This document shows positions 1-10,553 of a DNA stretch of 64,000 nt, piece by piece. Below the pieces are notes generated by a model. That model saw nothing but the letters and a program-made list of their open reading frames with translations. It ran no database searches and was not told the origin of the DNA. Origin of the DNA: Eledone cirrhosa (lineage: Eukaryota); assembly GCA_964016885.1 (NCBI GenBank), contig OZ024743.1, forward strand, positions 183,396,001-183,460,000, written 5' to 3'. Position numbers and translations under genes: made by a program. The first letter of the stretch is position 1, and every line of letters starts with the position of its first letter.

Positions 1-339
1 TGAATAAGGCAGTTTTTTTTTTATCAAGTTAAGAAGAGTGATAAAGTAGAGTGCCAGTAATGAATACTGATATTTAAACTGATGTGTATCTTAAAAAGAC
101 CATCTAGAGATGTAAAGAGTTGAGCTTATGGTTGCTGCCCACTCTAATACCAGTAACTTCAACAGAGAGAGGGCAATATTTCAACTTACCACATCTTGAC
201 GCATCAGCAATATCTCAGATGACTGTAAAAACCATTTAAAACCTACCAATAATTACCCCAATTGATTCAATCTCCAAACCCCAGCCCACCAATATTCCTT
301 TACACATTACTCCTTTTATTAATGTCATGTCAAAATGTT

Positions 340-592
340 ATTAATCTGTATTTCTAATGAAATACAAGCTAACATTGTTGTGTTTTAATTTATATTGAAA
401 AAAACAAACAAATATTTTGAGGGATTTGATAAAAATAACTCACTTTTCCAACAGCAAAATGATGTTTAGAACCTTACTTAAGAAAACTTTCTTAAATAAT
501 AATTGAGGAAAAGTTTTAATATCAAGTACAAACATTTTAAAATGATTAGTTTTGTACCATAAAACTAGGGTGATTTTGTATTAAAAGGTTAA
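340..592 (-). mobile_element. Degenerate TTAA-ended (piggyBac-like) MITE
   Basis: Ends in AAAAGGTTAA; internal AT-rich blocks (GAGGGATTTGATAAAAATAACT..., GATGTTTAGAAC) resemble, in reverse complement, the copies at 33772-34193 and 50060-50588. Confidence 0.5.
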
Positions 593-1032
593 ATCACACA
601 GTAACCCGCACCCCCCAAGTAGTGAAATATCTAAGCTGCTATCTGATGTTCATTGAACACAATAAAAAAACAACACAAATTTTATTCAACATATTTCGCT
701 TAACTTTTCAAATTATTTACCACAGCTAATACAAATGAATGTGGTAATTTGTATGTGGCTAGTCGACCTCCTAGAAACAGCAGCCAAATCTATCTTAAAA
801 AGAGGTGAAGGCATAGAGCATTTCAATCATGGCTGACCTGAGGTTAAACGACATCAGAATTAACAAAGAGGTATAACTTTCAAAAATGAAATTTTCATTA
901 GCTTACCTGATGAACTCTGTCTTTTAGACAATCACCTCAAGACTTAACAAAGGAACTTCTATATAGCCATTAATTTCAACTCTTGTTGAAATTAGCCACT
1001 GAAGGGAATTAGCCACTGAAGCCCATGCATGT

Positions 1033-1211
1033 GGATTGGCAATATCGGTAGAGGGTCGGACGCCATGCTTTGACGTATAGAGTTACGGCCCTTGCCATTC
1101 TGAGTTCAAATCCCGCCGAGGTTAACTTTGCCTTTCATCCTTATGGGGTTGATAAAATAAAGTACCAGTAATACACTGGGTATTGCTGGCCTTGTGCCAA
1201 AAGTAGAAACA
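1033..1211 (+). mobile_element. tRNA-derived SINE family A (about 187 bp), slightly 5'-truncated
   Basis: A-box-like TGGCAATATCGG, B-box GAGTTCAAATCC, conserved body TTGCCTTTCATCCTTAYGGGGTYGATAAAATAAAGTACCAG; 16-bp TSD ATTAATTTCAACTCTT at 969-984 and 1212-1227. Confidence 0.9.
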
Positions 1212-1248
1212 ATTAATTTCAACTCTTACTCGTACCACATAAAAAGAT

Positions 1249-1408
1249 GGTGAATTGGCAGAATCATTAGTAAGGCAGATTGAATGCTTTGTGGTATTCG
1301 TTCCAGCTCTTTCTGATCTCTGAGTTCAAATCCTGCTGAGGTCAACTTTACCTTTTGTCCATTTGAGGTCGATAAAAAAAGTATCAGTCAAATACTGGGG
1401 TTGATTCA
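1249..1408 (+). mobile_element. Older, diverged SINE family A-related copy
   Basis: TGGCAGAATCATTAG A-box, GAGTTCAAATCC B-box and diverged body; variant 3' end. Confidence 0.75.
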
Positions 1409-1419
1409 TTTTCTATATC

Positions 1420-1593
1420 TTTTTCTCACTTCCATTCTCTCACTCTCTATCCTTCTCTGGAAGAAATCTGCTGTATTCAGACTTGAAGAGGAGATGCGCT
1501 CCTCCAGGTTTTAAAAAATGCCCTAGATACTCTGTATGTCAATATGGTGCCCCTATGACTCCCTTGGGAGTTATAGGTCCATACATACAACAT
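1420..1593 (-). repeat. Unclassified interspersed repeat (second copy 11340-11507, opposite orientation)
   Basis: GGAAGAAATCTGCTGTATTCAGAC...CCAGGTTTTAAAA(AA)TGCCCTAGA is the reverse complement of sequence at 11400-11475; ends in a GAGT/GAAT-like simple tail. Confidence 0.7.
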
Positions 1594-2053
1594 AAAAGTT
1601 CATTAGCAAGACATTCTTAAAACATATTAAATATCACTATAACTATATCACATTAAAAACTGAAGTATTTATATTCTAATGCTACACATTTTCACAATGA
1701 TCTGTCCACTTGTAAAGATACTTTAAACATTTGAATTAACAAACCTGGTTTTTTGTTTTTAGATATTTTCTACAAAATTGTTTCAGGATGTTAAGAGTAA
1801 AATGTAGCACACAAAATCTTGCTCTACTAACATGCTACTGTCTTTAAAATCTAGACCACTTGTTTTAAGTGTTAAAAGTAAGATGTCTTTATACACCCAC
1901 CCACCTTACTCTCTCTCACACACACACACACACACTCATTTTCTCTCTCTTACCAACACACATATGTTGATTGGAAGTCTTGGTCAAACCCTAAGAACAT
2001 TCCTTCTGATTTCTTTGAGAGACAAGAGGATATCATGTGCTTCGACCAGTGAT

Positions 2054-2192
2054 GGGATCACTGAGCTGTATGAAAGTACAAGGGGCTTATTTTGAAGGGA
2101 TCACTGAGCTAAATGTGTGAAAGTACAAGGGACTTATTTTGAAGGGACCACTGAACAAAGTGTGTGAAAGTACAAGGGCTTATTTCAAAGGG
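2054..2192 (+). repeat. About 45-bp tandem repeat, 3 copies
   Basis: GGGATCACTGAGCT...TGAAAGTACAAGGG..CTTATTTTGAA repeated. Confidence 0.8.
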
Positions 2193-2376
2193 AATTAGCC
2201 ACTGAAGTCCATGCATGTAATTTGTTTTCTCCCGCCTAAAAATTAATACTTTTTAGGCAGACCTGGAATGTGTGTGTGTGTGTATAGATGATGATGATGC
2301 TTATATACATGTAAATAAGATGTTATTGGTCCAATCAGTCTACTCACCCTCAGCAAATACCCTAAACCCCACCCTG

Positions 2377-2480
<104 letters not shown>

Positions 2481-3233
2481 AGAGGGATGTCACATTCTCA
2501 GCAAAATGTCAATAAATTTATAAACAGCCACCAACCCCTCCCCTAACCCCACCTATCCACATGAACTGAAGAATGTTATAAGGTTACAATCATCACAACC
2601 ATCACAATCATCACTTTCATCATAACTCTTCTGTCACTCTTCTTTGTCTTATTCCACCACCATTTTGGACTTCTGCCAGAGATAGTAGTGTTTTGAGGGT
2701 GACATATGATGATGATGATGATGATGATGATGAGGGTAGTGGTGATGATGATGGTGGTGGTGGTAGTGATGATGGAGGTGGTAAAGATGACACCAACTGA
2801 TGGTGGTGGTGGAGGTGAGGGTGACATCAGATGATGATGATAATGGTGGTGGGAGTGGTTGATGTGCTTACTATATGAAATACCTACCTCTCTCTTATGC
2901 CTGTCTCACTCACCCCATAACCTGGTAATAAAAGCCCTCCTCTCCACCAAAATATACACCTACCTACCCATGTCCACCCTCCCCTACAACAACAAAAACT
3001 TTGGGTTGACAATTACAGTTAAAGACATGTTGTTTAACCCTAGGTCAACATATGATCAAATACTGCCTTGGCTACCTCCATTATACAATGGACTCTTCCT
3101 TTTGATACTAACCTTAACACTCCCATCATTTATTGTCCCTGAATATTTAAAATTACGTTATACAATGGACTCACCCTTTTGTACTCTAAATCTGAATCCT
3201 CTTAAACCTTCAACATTATATACATACTATTAT

Positions 3234-3420
3234 GGCGGTGGATTGGCAGTATCGGTAGAGGGTCGGACACCATGCTTTGCAGCATTGAGTTACGTCCCTT
3301 TACAGTCTGAGTTCAAATCCCACCAAGGTTAACTTTGCCTTTCATCCTTACGGAGTGGATAAAATAAAGTACCAGTAATACACTGGGATAATTGCTGGCC
3401 TTGTGCCAAAAATAGAAACA
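3234..3420 (+). mobile_element. Full-length tRNA-derived SINE family A
   Basis: Starts GGCGGTGGATTGGCAGTATCGGTAG; B-box GAGTTCAAATCC; perfect 19-bp TSD ATTATATACATACTATTAT at 3215-3233 and 3421-3439. Confidence 0.93.
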
Positions 3421-4030
3421 ATTATATACATACTATTATATTTTCACGGTAAACACTTTATTTCAAGTAATTATCTCACATAATATCGAATATATGAGAT
3501 TTTGATATTATTTATTTTGAGAACAATACCTTAACATAAGTATGAGTGAGTGGTCATGGCCAGTTTGAACCAAAGATGTCAATAATTTGATATGTTTACA
3601 TAAATATAGATAATGTGTAGATTTATGTTATATTCACATTTCTGAAGTCTCAGTTAACTCTGTATTGTGTAGGTTTAGAAATAAATTTATCACACACATA
3701 TATATATACATACATATATGTATGTATATATATAGATATACATATATATATATATATATATATAGATATGTTTCTTTTATTTGCCACCAGGGCATCAAAA
3801 GTGGGACAAGTACAAAGGGGGGAGTTTACAAAACAAGGCGTCCTCAATAAGGAGGAGGCAATAACAATATATAAAAATAAAATAAAATATAACAAAAAAT
3901 AAAATTTTTAACAAAGTCCTCAATAGAGAGGTGCCTTGGGGGGTCGCACACACCCCCGAAAAAAAGTGTGCAACCCTTTTCCTCAGGAGCATAGAGAAGG
4001 GGTGCTCCCTTGGTCTTTCATCTTCCTCAC

Positions 4031-7000
4031 CTATAGTCTGATGTAGAGTGAAGGCCCATTCACACGGGCCATTCTCACCACTTTCACCCATCTTTCATAA
4101 AAACGGCTGGGGTGCAGCACCTCTCTCTCCATCCTGATCCTTCTTCCGAAATGATATCGGAAGAAACGGACCAGTTGTTGGCCAGAGAGAAAGGTGTCTG
4201 ACCTCAGTCCTTTCAGACGCGTCCACCATACAACCTCTTTCGCCATGGCTATTACGCAGAGAAACACCGTTTTTGAAGAGGGGAGGCGGCTTGATCGTTA
4301 TAATAGACTTGGTGGTCAACCGGATCGGTCCCACCCGTGACAGCAGTTGTTCGACATAGCCCCACAGATCGGCAATGCCCGAGCAGTGTACCAATGCGTG
4401 TGCAACGGTTTCCTCGTCGCACACGCATCTGGGACAGAAATTTTTCGAGGGGTCCCTACCCGGGCGCCCGTGTCTGTAGAGCCTTTCTTGAACGGACAGA
4501 GCCCTTCTGTAGCATTGCCAGGCCAGGGACCTCTGGAAGTTATCCATGGGTCCCGGGCTGAATGTCCTACCGAACAGGTTGGCCAGTTCGTCTTCCTCCA
4601 TGCCTAGGGCTTCTCCGAGGGCGTCGTCGCACCTGCTAACCACCAGCCCTCTATAGAATGACGAGGTGGATTCTCCACTGACAGCCGGGTCCGCCTGCCA
4701 GAGAGCCGTGAGCGCCTGGGCACACTCGGTGTGCCAGGCGCCCAGTTTTCTCGGTCTTTGCTTGACCCAGGATTGCAGCTCGGTGAGTGAGACGAGTCTG
4801 GGAAAGGCTCGCCTCACAAACGGGGCCCACACCGGTTGACCGGAGAGGAATACCTGAAGGTGCCGTAGCCTTAATGCGTGTTTACGTATCATTAGCCACG
4901 GCATCCCCAGCCCTCCTTTCGAAGGGTGTTGACAGCAGATGGATCTCCTCACCATAGGAGCCCGCTTCTTCCAAAGGAATTGGAAGAGTGCGCGCTCCAT
5001 TTTGGCGAGCGTTTCCCTTGGGCAAGGCACAACGGTCAGGCGGTAGTAGATGACGGACGCTATATAAGTGTTCGCCACCTCCGCCCAACCTTTCAGGGAC
5101 AGTTTGCACTCGGCCCACTTGCAGACCGATCGACTTGTCCCGGTTCAGCTTAGCCCCTGTAAACCTTTCGTACTCCTCCAGTAAGGTGCCGATCGCCCCG
5201 ATTTCCGAGGCCGTCAACACCATTACTGTTACGTCATCAGCGTAGGCTGACACCGCTTTCCGCAATCCCGGTTCCAACGGGATGCCCTGCAACAACTCCA
5301 ACTTCCGCAGCAGTGGCTCTAGAGTCATTACATACAGAAGGGAGGAGAGAGGGCACCCCTGTCGGATGGACCGCGCGATTTCGAACGGCTCCGAGAGGTA
5401 GCCGTTCACCTTGACCCTAGAGCAGATGCGGCTGCTGTGCATGGCATTGATCCAGCCCCTGAAAACGGGTCTGAAGCCTGCCGCCGCTAGCACTGCATCC
5501 AGGTAACCATGGTCGACCCTATCGAATGCCTTAGATTGATCCAAGTTGATCAGGGCCCCACCAAAGCCGGGTTCATTCCCAACCCTCTCTATGATGTATC
5601 GCATGAGGTGGAGGTTATCGTGGATGGACCTGGACGGGATAGCACATGTCTGCGCATCTCCCACCAGGTTGCCCACGACAAGCGCCAACCTCTTTGCTAG
5701 CACCTTGGCCAAAATCTGTAACTCTGTATTTAGCAGAGTTATGGGCCTGAAATTATTTATATCGTCCCCCTTGTTCTCGTCCTTCCTCACTAGCGTGACT
5801 ACGCCCTTGGTCACAGCACAGGGAATTCTCCCGTTCTGTTGCCAGTTGCAGTAGACCGCCTCGAGGAGATCGGGGAACAAGTCCGGCATAACTAGATATA
5901 ATTCGTATGGAAGACCATCGAGACCCGGGGATTTGCGTTTGCCGCATTGGCTCAGCCCGTCCTCTATCTCAGCGGCTGAAATCAGCTCCTCGCAGGACTT
6001 CACCTCCCTGTCTGAGAGACGTGGCAGGCCGTCGAGGTATGGACCGAAGTCCACATCCCCAACCGGTCCCCCGCCCCTTCCGAACAATCCGGCAAAGTGC
6101 TTTTGAAAAGCCTCGCACATCTGCTTAGGTTCAAGGATCACCCGTCCATCCTGGTCTCGCAAAGACCGGATAGTGGATCTGCTCCCTCTTTTGGCTTCTG
6201 TCACATGGGCCCAGCTAACAGCTTTGGTCCCCTCGTTTCCCAGAGCACGTATTTTGCTTCGGATGATGCAGCCTTCGTGTTTCGCGTCGAAGAACTGGCC
6301 CAGGGCCGTTCTCGACGCTAGCACTCTGGCCACGTCGCCGCTTCTAATTGCCTCTTCTACACTATCTACCAACTCCCTTTCCTTCCTGTTTCTATTGGAG
6401 GCTAACTCCTTACTAAATTCTATAGAGACTACTCTAATCTCTCTTTTGAGAGATCCCCACCACCTGCTGTTGACGATGGCGCCCGTCAACCGCTCCTTAA
6501 CTAAAGTGCTAATCCGGTTCCTGTAAGCCTTACTTGCCGGTAAGGACAAGTTGAGCTTCCAGTAACCGGGTCCCTGTCTATGAGTTCTGTCAAGGTTGAC
6601 CATGCAGGTCACTAACTTGTGGTCTGAATAGCCAACCATGCGCATTTTTGGACAACTTAAAAAGTCCTTATCCTTAATTCTAACTAAGAACCTATCTAGG
6701 TACGACCTAGATGATTCGCTACGATTTGCCCAAGTCCAGGTTGGCGCAGTCGGAAAATCTAGTCGATATCTATCGGCCAGGTCAAATCGACTGATTAACC
6801 CTTTGAGGCTATTGCACCCCTCTCTATCGGGACAGGCCCCTACGTAATCCCAGCGTGCATCTAGGATACCATTCCAGTCCCCCACTAATAGCAAGGAGCG
6901 GGACGTCCCTAGAAAAGTCTCCAGACGATGGAAGAAGTCCGGCCGCATTGACCCGAAAGGGCCGTAGGCGGCTACCAACCTAAACGCTCCGCCTTCACCA

Positions 7001-7299
7001 CTGCCAAGGTCCAGAACCACTAGTCGACCCTCCGGTTCCAAATGTACCATCTGTGTTGCGAGAACCAGATGTTTTTGCAGCAGGACGACAACCCCACCCC
7101 CACCTCCGGGCTGACAGAGAGATGCGTACATCTCAAAGTCATCAAAGGTGGGGGCCAGCTCTCGCACGTTGCTGATCCAGGCCTCGCAAATAACCATCAC
7201 ATCTATACGTTGTGACCTGAGGTCATTTAGAAGCATTGCTTGCTTCCAAGTTGAGCCCAGGCCACGCGCATTTAAACAGCCTACTCTTAGCATAGCCAT
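4031..7299 (-). pseudogene. Tx1-like ORF2 (APE endonuclease + reverse transcriptase + CCHC zinc finger), frameshifted
   Basis: CLNARGL, VGDWN, YLDRF, YSDH (APE); KSPGLDG, FRPITLLN, LDQSKAFDRV, IRQGCPLS, YADD (RT); CPRC-x7-H-x4-C zinc finger. Split across ORFs 4882-7323, 4095-5078 and 4031-4267 by a deletion/frameshift near 5110 and a frameshift near 4270. Confidence 0.92.
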
Positions 7300-7323
7300 G
7301 TTGGTGGTGAAGAGAAAAGGCAC

Positions 7324-8335
7324 TTACCTCTCTGCGTCCCGGGTATCGGGCTGCACAATTTCCATTAGGGTGGGGGATGGGTTGTTGGGTGGGGTGGTGG
7401 TTTGTGGAAGTGTAGGGGCATCAGTGTGTTGTGTGGTTGGGGAGTTTGGAGTTGTGTGGGTGGGGTAGTTTTTTAGGAGGACGCGGTTAATGGGCCCGAC
7501 GCAAGGGGGACCCACGTCCTCTTTAAAGTTGTTTTTTAAAGTTTTATAGGTGTCCTTTTTATTTTTTGTGTTCTTCTACCCATGTACGTAGGGTAGAAGG
7601 TGTATGCAGTGGATGTGATTGGTTTGATGGACAGTTTCACTGCTGTGTCCCTGTCCTTCATGAGAATGGATAGACTCCCGTAGAGTCTATCCTTCTGAAT
7701 GAAGGTGATGTCCTTCATGACGTCTTTTAAAACCAGCTCTATCTCACTCTGTGATGGTTGAGCTGGTTTTTTGCTTTTATTCGCGATGGTCTTAAACATG
7801 ACAGTGTTTAGGAGTCTCTGGCTTTTTAGTTCCGGGGGGGAATGGATCGTGAATGAACCATTTTCCCCGTACACTATATATTTTTTGGCATCTGCCAGTA
7901 GCTCCTTTGCTTTGGTTATATCTACTGGCAGATAGTCGAGGGTTTTCCTTGCCGTCTCGGCGAAGGAGAAATTTTTTTTGTTTGTGTTGCTGTTGTAGTT
8001 GGTGGTGTTGTTGTTATCATTGTTGTTGTTGTCGCAGTTATTGGTCTTGTTGTTGTCGCAGTTATTGGTCTTGTTGTTATTGTCGCAGTTATTGGTCTTG
8101 TTGTTGTTGTTATTGTTATTGGTGTTTCGTCCGTCGCATTGTTGTTGCTGTTGCTGGTGCCGCTGGTTCTTTGGGTTGTTGCCATGGCAACGTCAAGTTG
8201 TCGGTCAACAGGTGGAGAAAATCCTTCCTCTGGCTGACCTTTCTTTTTGACCTCTGCTACGACAGTGGCAGGGGGAAGCTGTAAGTTTATCTTCCCCTTT
8301 CCTCCTTCGAATTTTGGTGAAGAAGCTTCAGCCAT
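7324..8335 (-). pseudogene. Tx1-like ORF1 remnant with Thr-rich N-terminus
   Basis: ATG at 8335; Thr-rich repeat; a -1 shift at the A8 run (about 7972-7979) continues as FSFAETARK...YGENG...YMGRR (ORF 7536-7874); last piece ends at 7324 just before ORF2. Confidence 0.7.
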
Positions 8336-8567
8336 TTTAAAAAATGTTAACTTTACAACAAGAAAAAACTTTTTTTGTTTAACTATTTCGCCTAAAGGCG
8401 TAGAATATTTTGAGAGACTGACCAGATCAAAGTTTGACCTGGCAGTCCCTCTACAAAATGGTACAAAAATTAAAGTTTACAGACAAGAATTTCTATAGAA
8501 ATTTAAACAGAACTTACTCAGCAAGTTATACGCGTGTGTCCATCCCAGAGATAGAGAGAGATCGATC

Positions 8568-8599
<32 letters not shown>

Positions 8600-8669
8600 T
8601 ACATACATATATGTATATATATGTAGAGGTTATATTTAATTTGTTGGGATATAAAACTAACCTATATTA

Positions 8670-8735
8670 TATTTTATCTGATGAAAGCTCACCATAGTTT
8701 ACCTTGGTGGCCCTTGAAATATGTATAATGAAATA
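8670..8735 (+). ncRNA. Candidate minimal type I hammerhead ribozyme (stem II partly decayed)
   Basis: CTGATGA 8678-8684; stem II (T)CACCA/TGGTG(G); GAAA 8716-8719; short near-palindromic stem III; AUA triplet; 8-bp stem I (8670-8677 with 8728-8735). Confidence 0.5.
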
Positions 8736-8898
8736 AATATGGTTTTATAAATATAGTTTCCATTTATTAATATATTGTATATGTATATATATATATATTT
8801 ATTAAAACAACAGATTAAAGTTTAAGCAAAGAATCGCTGCTTTCACCCTTAACGGGATCTTTACTATATGTATATAGATATAGATATACATGCATAAA

Positions 8899-8949
<51 letters not shown>

Positions 8950-8952
<3 letters not shown>

Positions 8953-9080
8953 AAAGGTAAACAGAAATAACAACACAATCGGTTCAGTATATGGAAGGGA
9001 TATATTAGGTTAACGCTTGATATAGCAGGAAGAGGGCCTTAACGTTTCGGACGCTAGTCCTTCATCAGAAGGAAGAATGA
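8950..9080 (-). mobile_element. Penelope-like terminal-repeat remnant carrying a hammerhead; partial second copy at 23865-23935
   Basis: GTAAAAGGTAAACAGAAATAACAACACAA..CGGT...TATATGGAAGG is shared by both loci, each abutting a TA/TG microsatellite; hammerhead core within this copy. Confidence 0.6.
9037..9072 (-). ncRNA. Minimal type I hammerhead ribozyme with intact core
   Basis: Minus strand reads CCTT-CTGATGA-A-GGAC-TAGC-GTCC-GAAACGTT-AAGG: stem I CCUU/AAGG, stem II GGAC/GUCC, loop-less palindromic stem III ACGU, GUU cleavage triplet. Confidence 0.75.
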
Positions 9081-9183
9081 GAAATAAGATAGATTGAAGG
9101 GACGGGTGGGTTGGAATTGGAAGAAATGTCTTTAGATAAAAATAACAGGTCCATCCATGTGTGTGTGTGTGTATATATGTTAT

Positions 9184-9458
9184 ATCATTTCATTTCATTT
9201 TACGTCTGCTTTTTCCCTGCTTGCAAGGGTGGGACGGGAACTGACTCTGGCTTGATTTCTACAGCTGGATGCCCTTCCTAACACCAACCTCATTTACAGT
9301 GAGTGCAGGTGCCACGGCAAAAAAGCACCCAGCACTCACTGTAAATGAGGTTGGTGTTAGCAAGGGCATCCAGCTGTAGAAATCAAGCCAGAATCAGTTC
9401 CTGTCCCATCCTTGCAAGCAGGGAAAAGTGGACGTAAAATGAAATGATGATGATGATT
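9184..9458. mobile_element. Head-to-head palindrome of a short RTE-tail element (two arms of about 120 bp)
   Basis: 9184-9306 is the reverse complement of 9332-9455 with only a handful of differences; outward-facing ATG-repeat tails at both ends. Confidence 0.9.
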
Positions 9459-9711
9459 ATATAAATATAAATTCAGTGAGAATCGCATTTCAGCGGGTTG
9501 AAAAAGCGAAATGAACTGCAAAATCAAAGTTATGGTGGCGCTCCATAGTTAATAAACCAGAGCTAAACAATATGTTAAAATGCCATACAAACTGAAAACG
9601 TGGTCAAGAAGGCATTAACCACCTAAGCCAAAAAACAAAGCAAGCTAAACAGGTCAAACAAAATAAATGATAAAATAAATATATATATATATATATATAT
9701 TTATATGAAAA

Positions 9712-9978
9712 AGTTCCCCTTCAGTCACGAATGACCCTGTGATTTGCACCTAGAAAGTTTCTCTTCAGAAGCACAAGTCCAGGCAAGGTATGTGGAAGAC
9801 CAGCAGTCACCCATACCAGTCTGCCCTTTCTACACCACTGATGTTGTCCAAGGTTAATGGCCGATACAGCTGAGTAAACTGGAGCAATGAGAAAGTGTTT
9901 CACTCAAGGGCACAACACATCAGCCGACCCAAAAATCAAACTCACAACCTTACAAATGCAGCCCCAATGCACCTTCAC
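9712..9978 (-). mobile_element. Diverged tRNA-derived SINE (CORE/V-like body); related pieces at 18445-18530, 46605-46710, 59100-59460
   Basis: Minus strand GTGCCCTTGAGTGAAACACTTTCTCATTGCTCCAGTTTACTCAGCTG follows a degenerate B-box. Confidence 0.6.
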
Positions 9979-10493
9979 GTGTGTGTGTATATATATTCAA
10001 TAACACAACTATACACATGCTTAATCACTGAGACATTTAAAGTGAGATAAGTGAGTTGATGGTGGTGGCGTTGGTGGTTGTGGTTGTATTGGTTGTGTTG
10101 TGGCAGTAGTTATGTTGGTAGTAGTGGTGTTTGTGGCAGTGGTTATTATGGTGGTGGTGGCGGTGTTTGTAGCGGAGGTTATGGCGGTGTTGTTTGTGTA
10201 GTGGTGGTGGAGGAAAGTAAAAGGTGAAAGGCCAGTAAATTGGACAAATAATAATTGTGCTCCCTACCGCTACCAAATAGCACAAACACCACCCCACCCT
10301 GTCTCCTCACCCCACCCTGTATCCTCTTCCCACCCTCACCTCATTATGCCTGCTCTATATTTTGTTTTCATTTGTTGTCAAGGCAACCTAAACTAATGCA
10401 ATAAGTAAACAACTGCTAATGTTCCAAATATAAAACTAAGAGAGAAGTTTCAGCAGGTTTATTTACAGTCAGTGTGTATATATTTATATATTT

Positions 10494-10548
<55 letters not shown>

Positions 10549-10553
<5 letters not shown>

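Larger units (their letters stand above)
3771..8546 (-). mobile_element. Tx1/L1-clade non-LTR retrotransposon, near full length, disrupted
   Basis: GC-richer island containing 5' UTR, ORF1 remnants, ORF2 (APE-RT-CCHC) and a 3' UTR ending GGCAAATAAAAGAAA; both flanks are (TA)n/(GA)n/(GATA)n microsatellite. Confidence 0.92.

Noticed and set aside
3234-3330. tRNA gene
   Set aside because: A and B boxes are present but there is no cloverleaf; continues into a SINE body with TSDs and has many copies.
2859-3332. 157-aa ORF
   Set aside because: Non-ATG start, runs through repeat fragments into a SINE, no recognisable domain.
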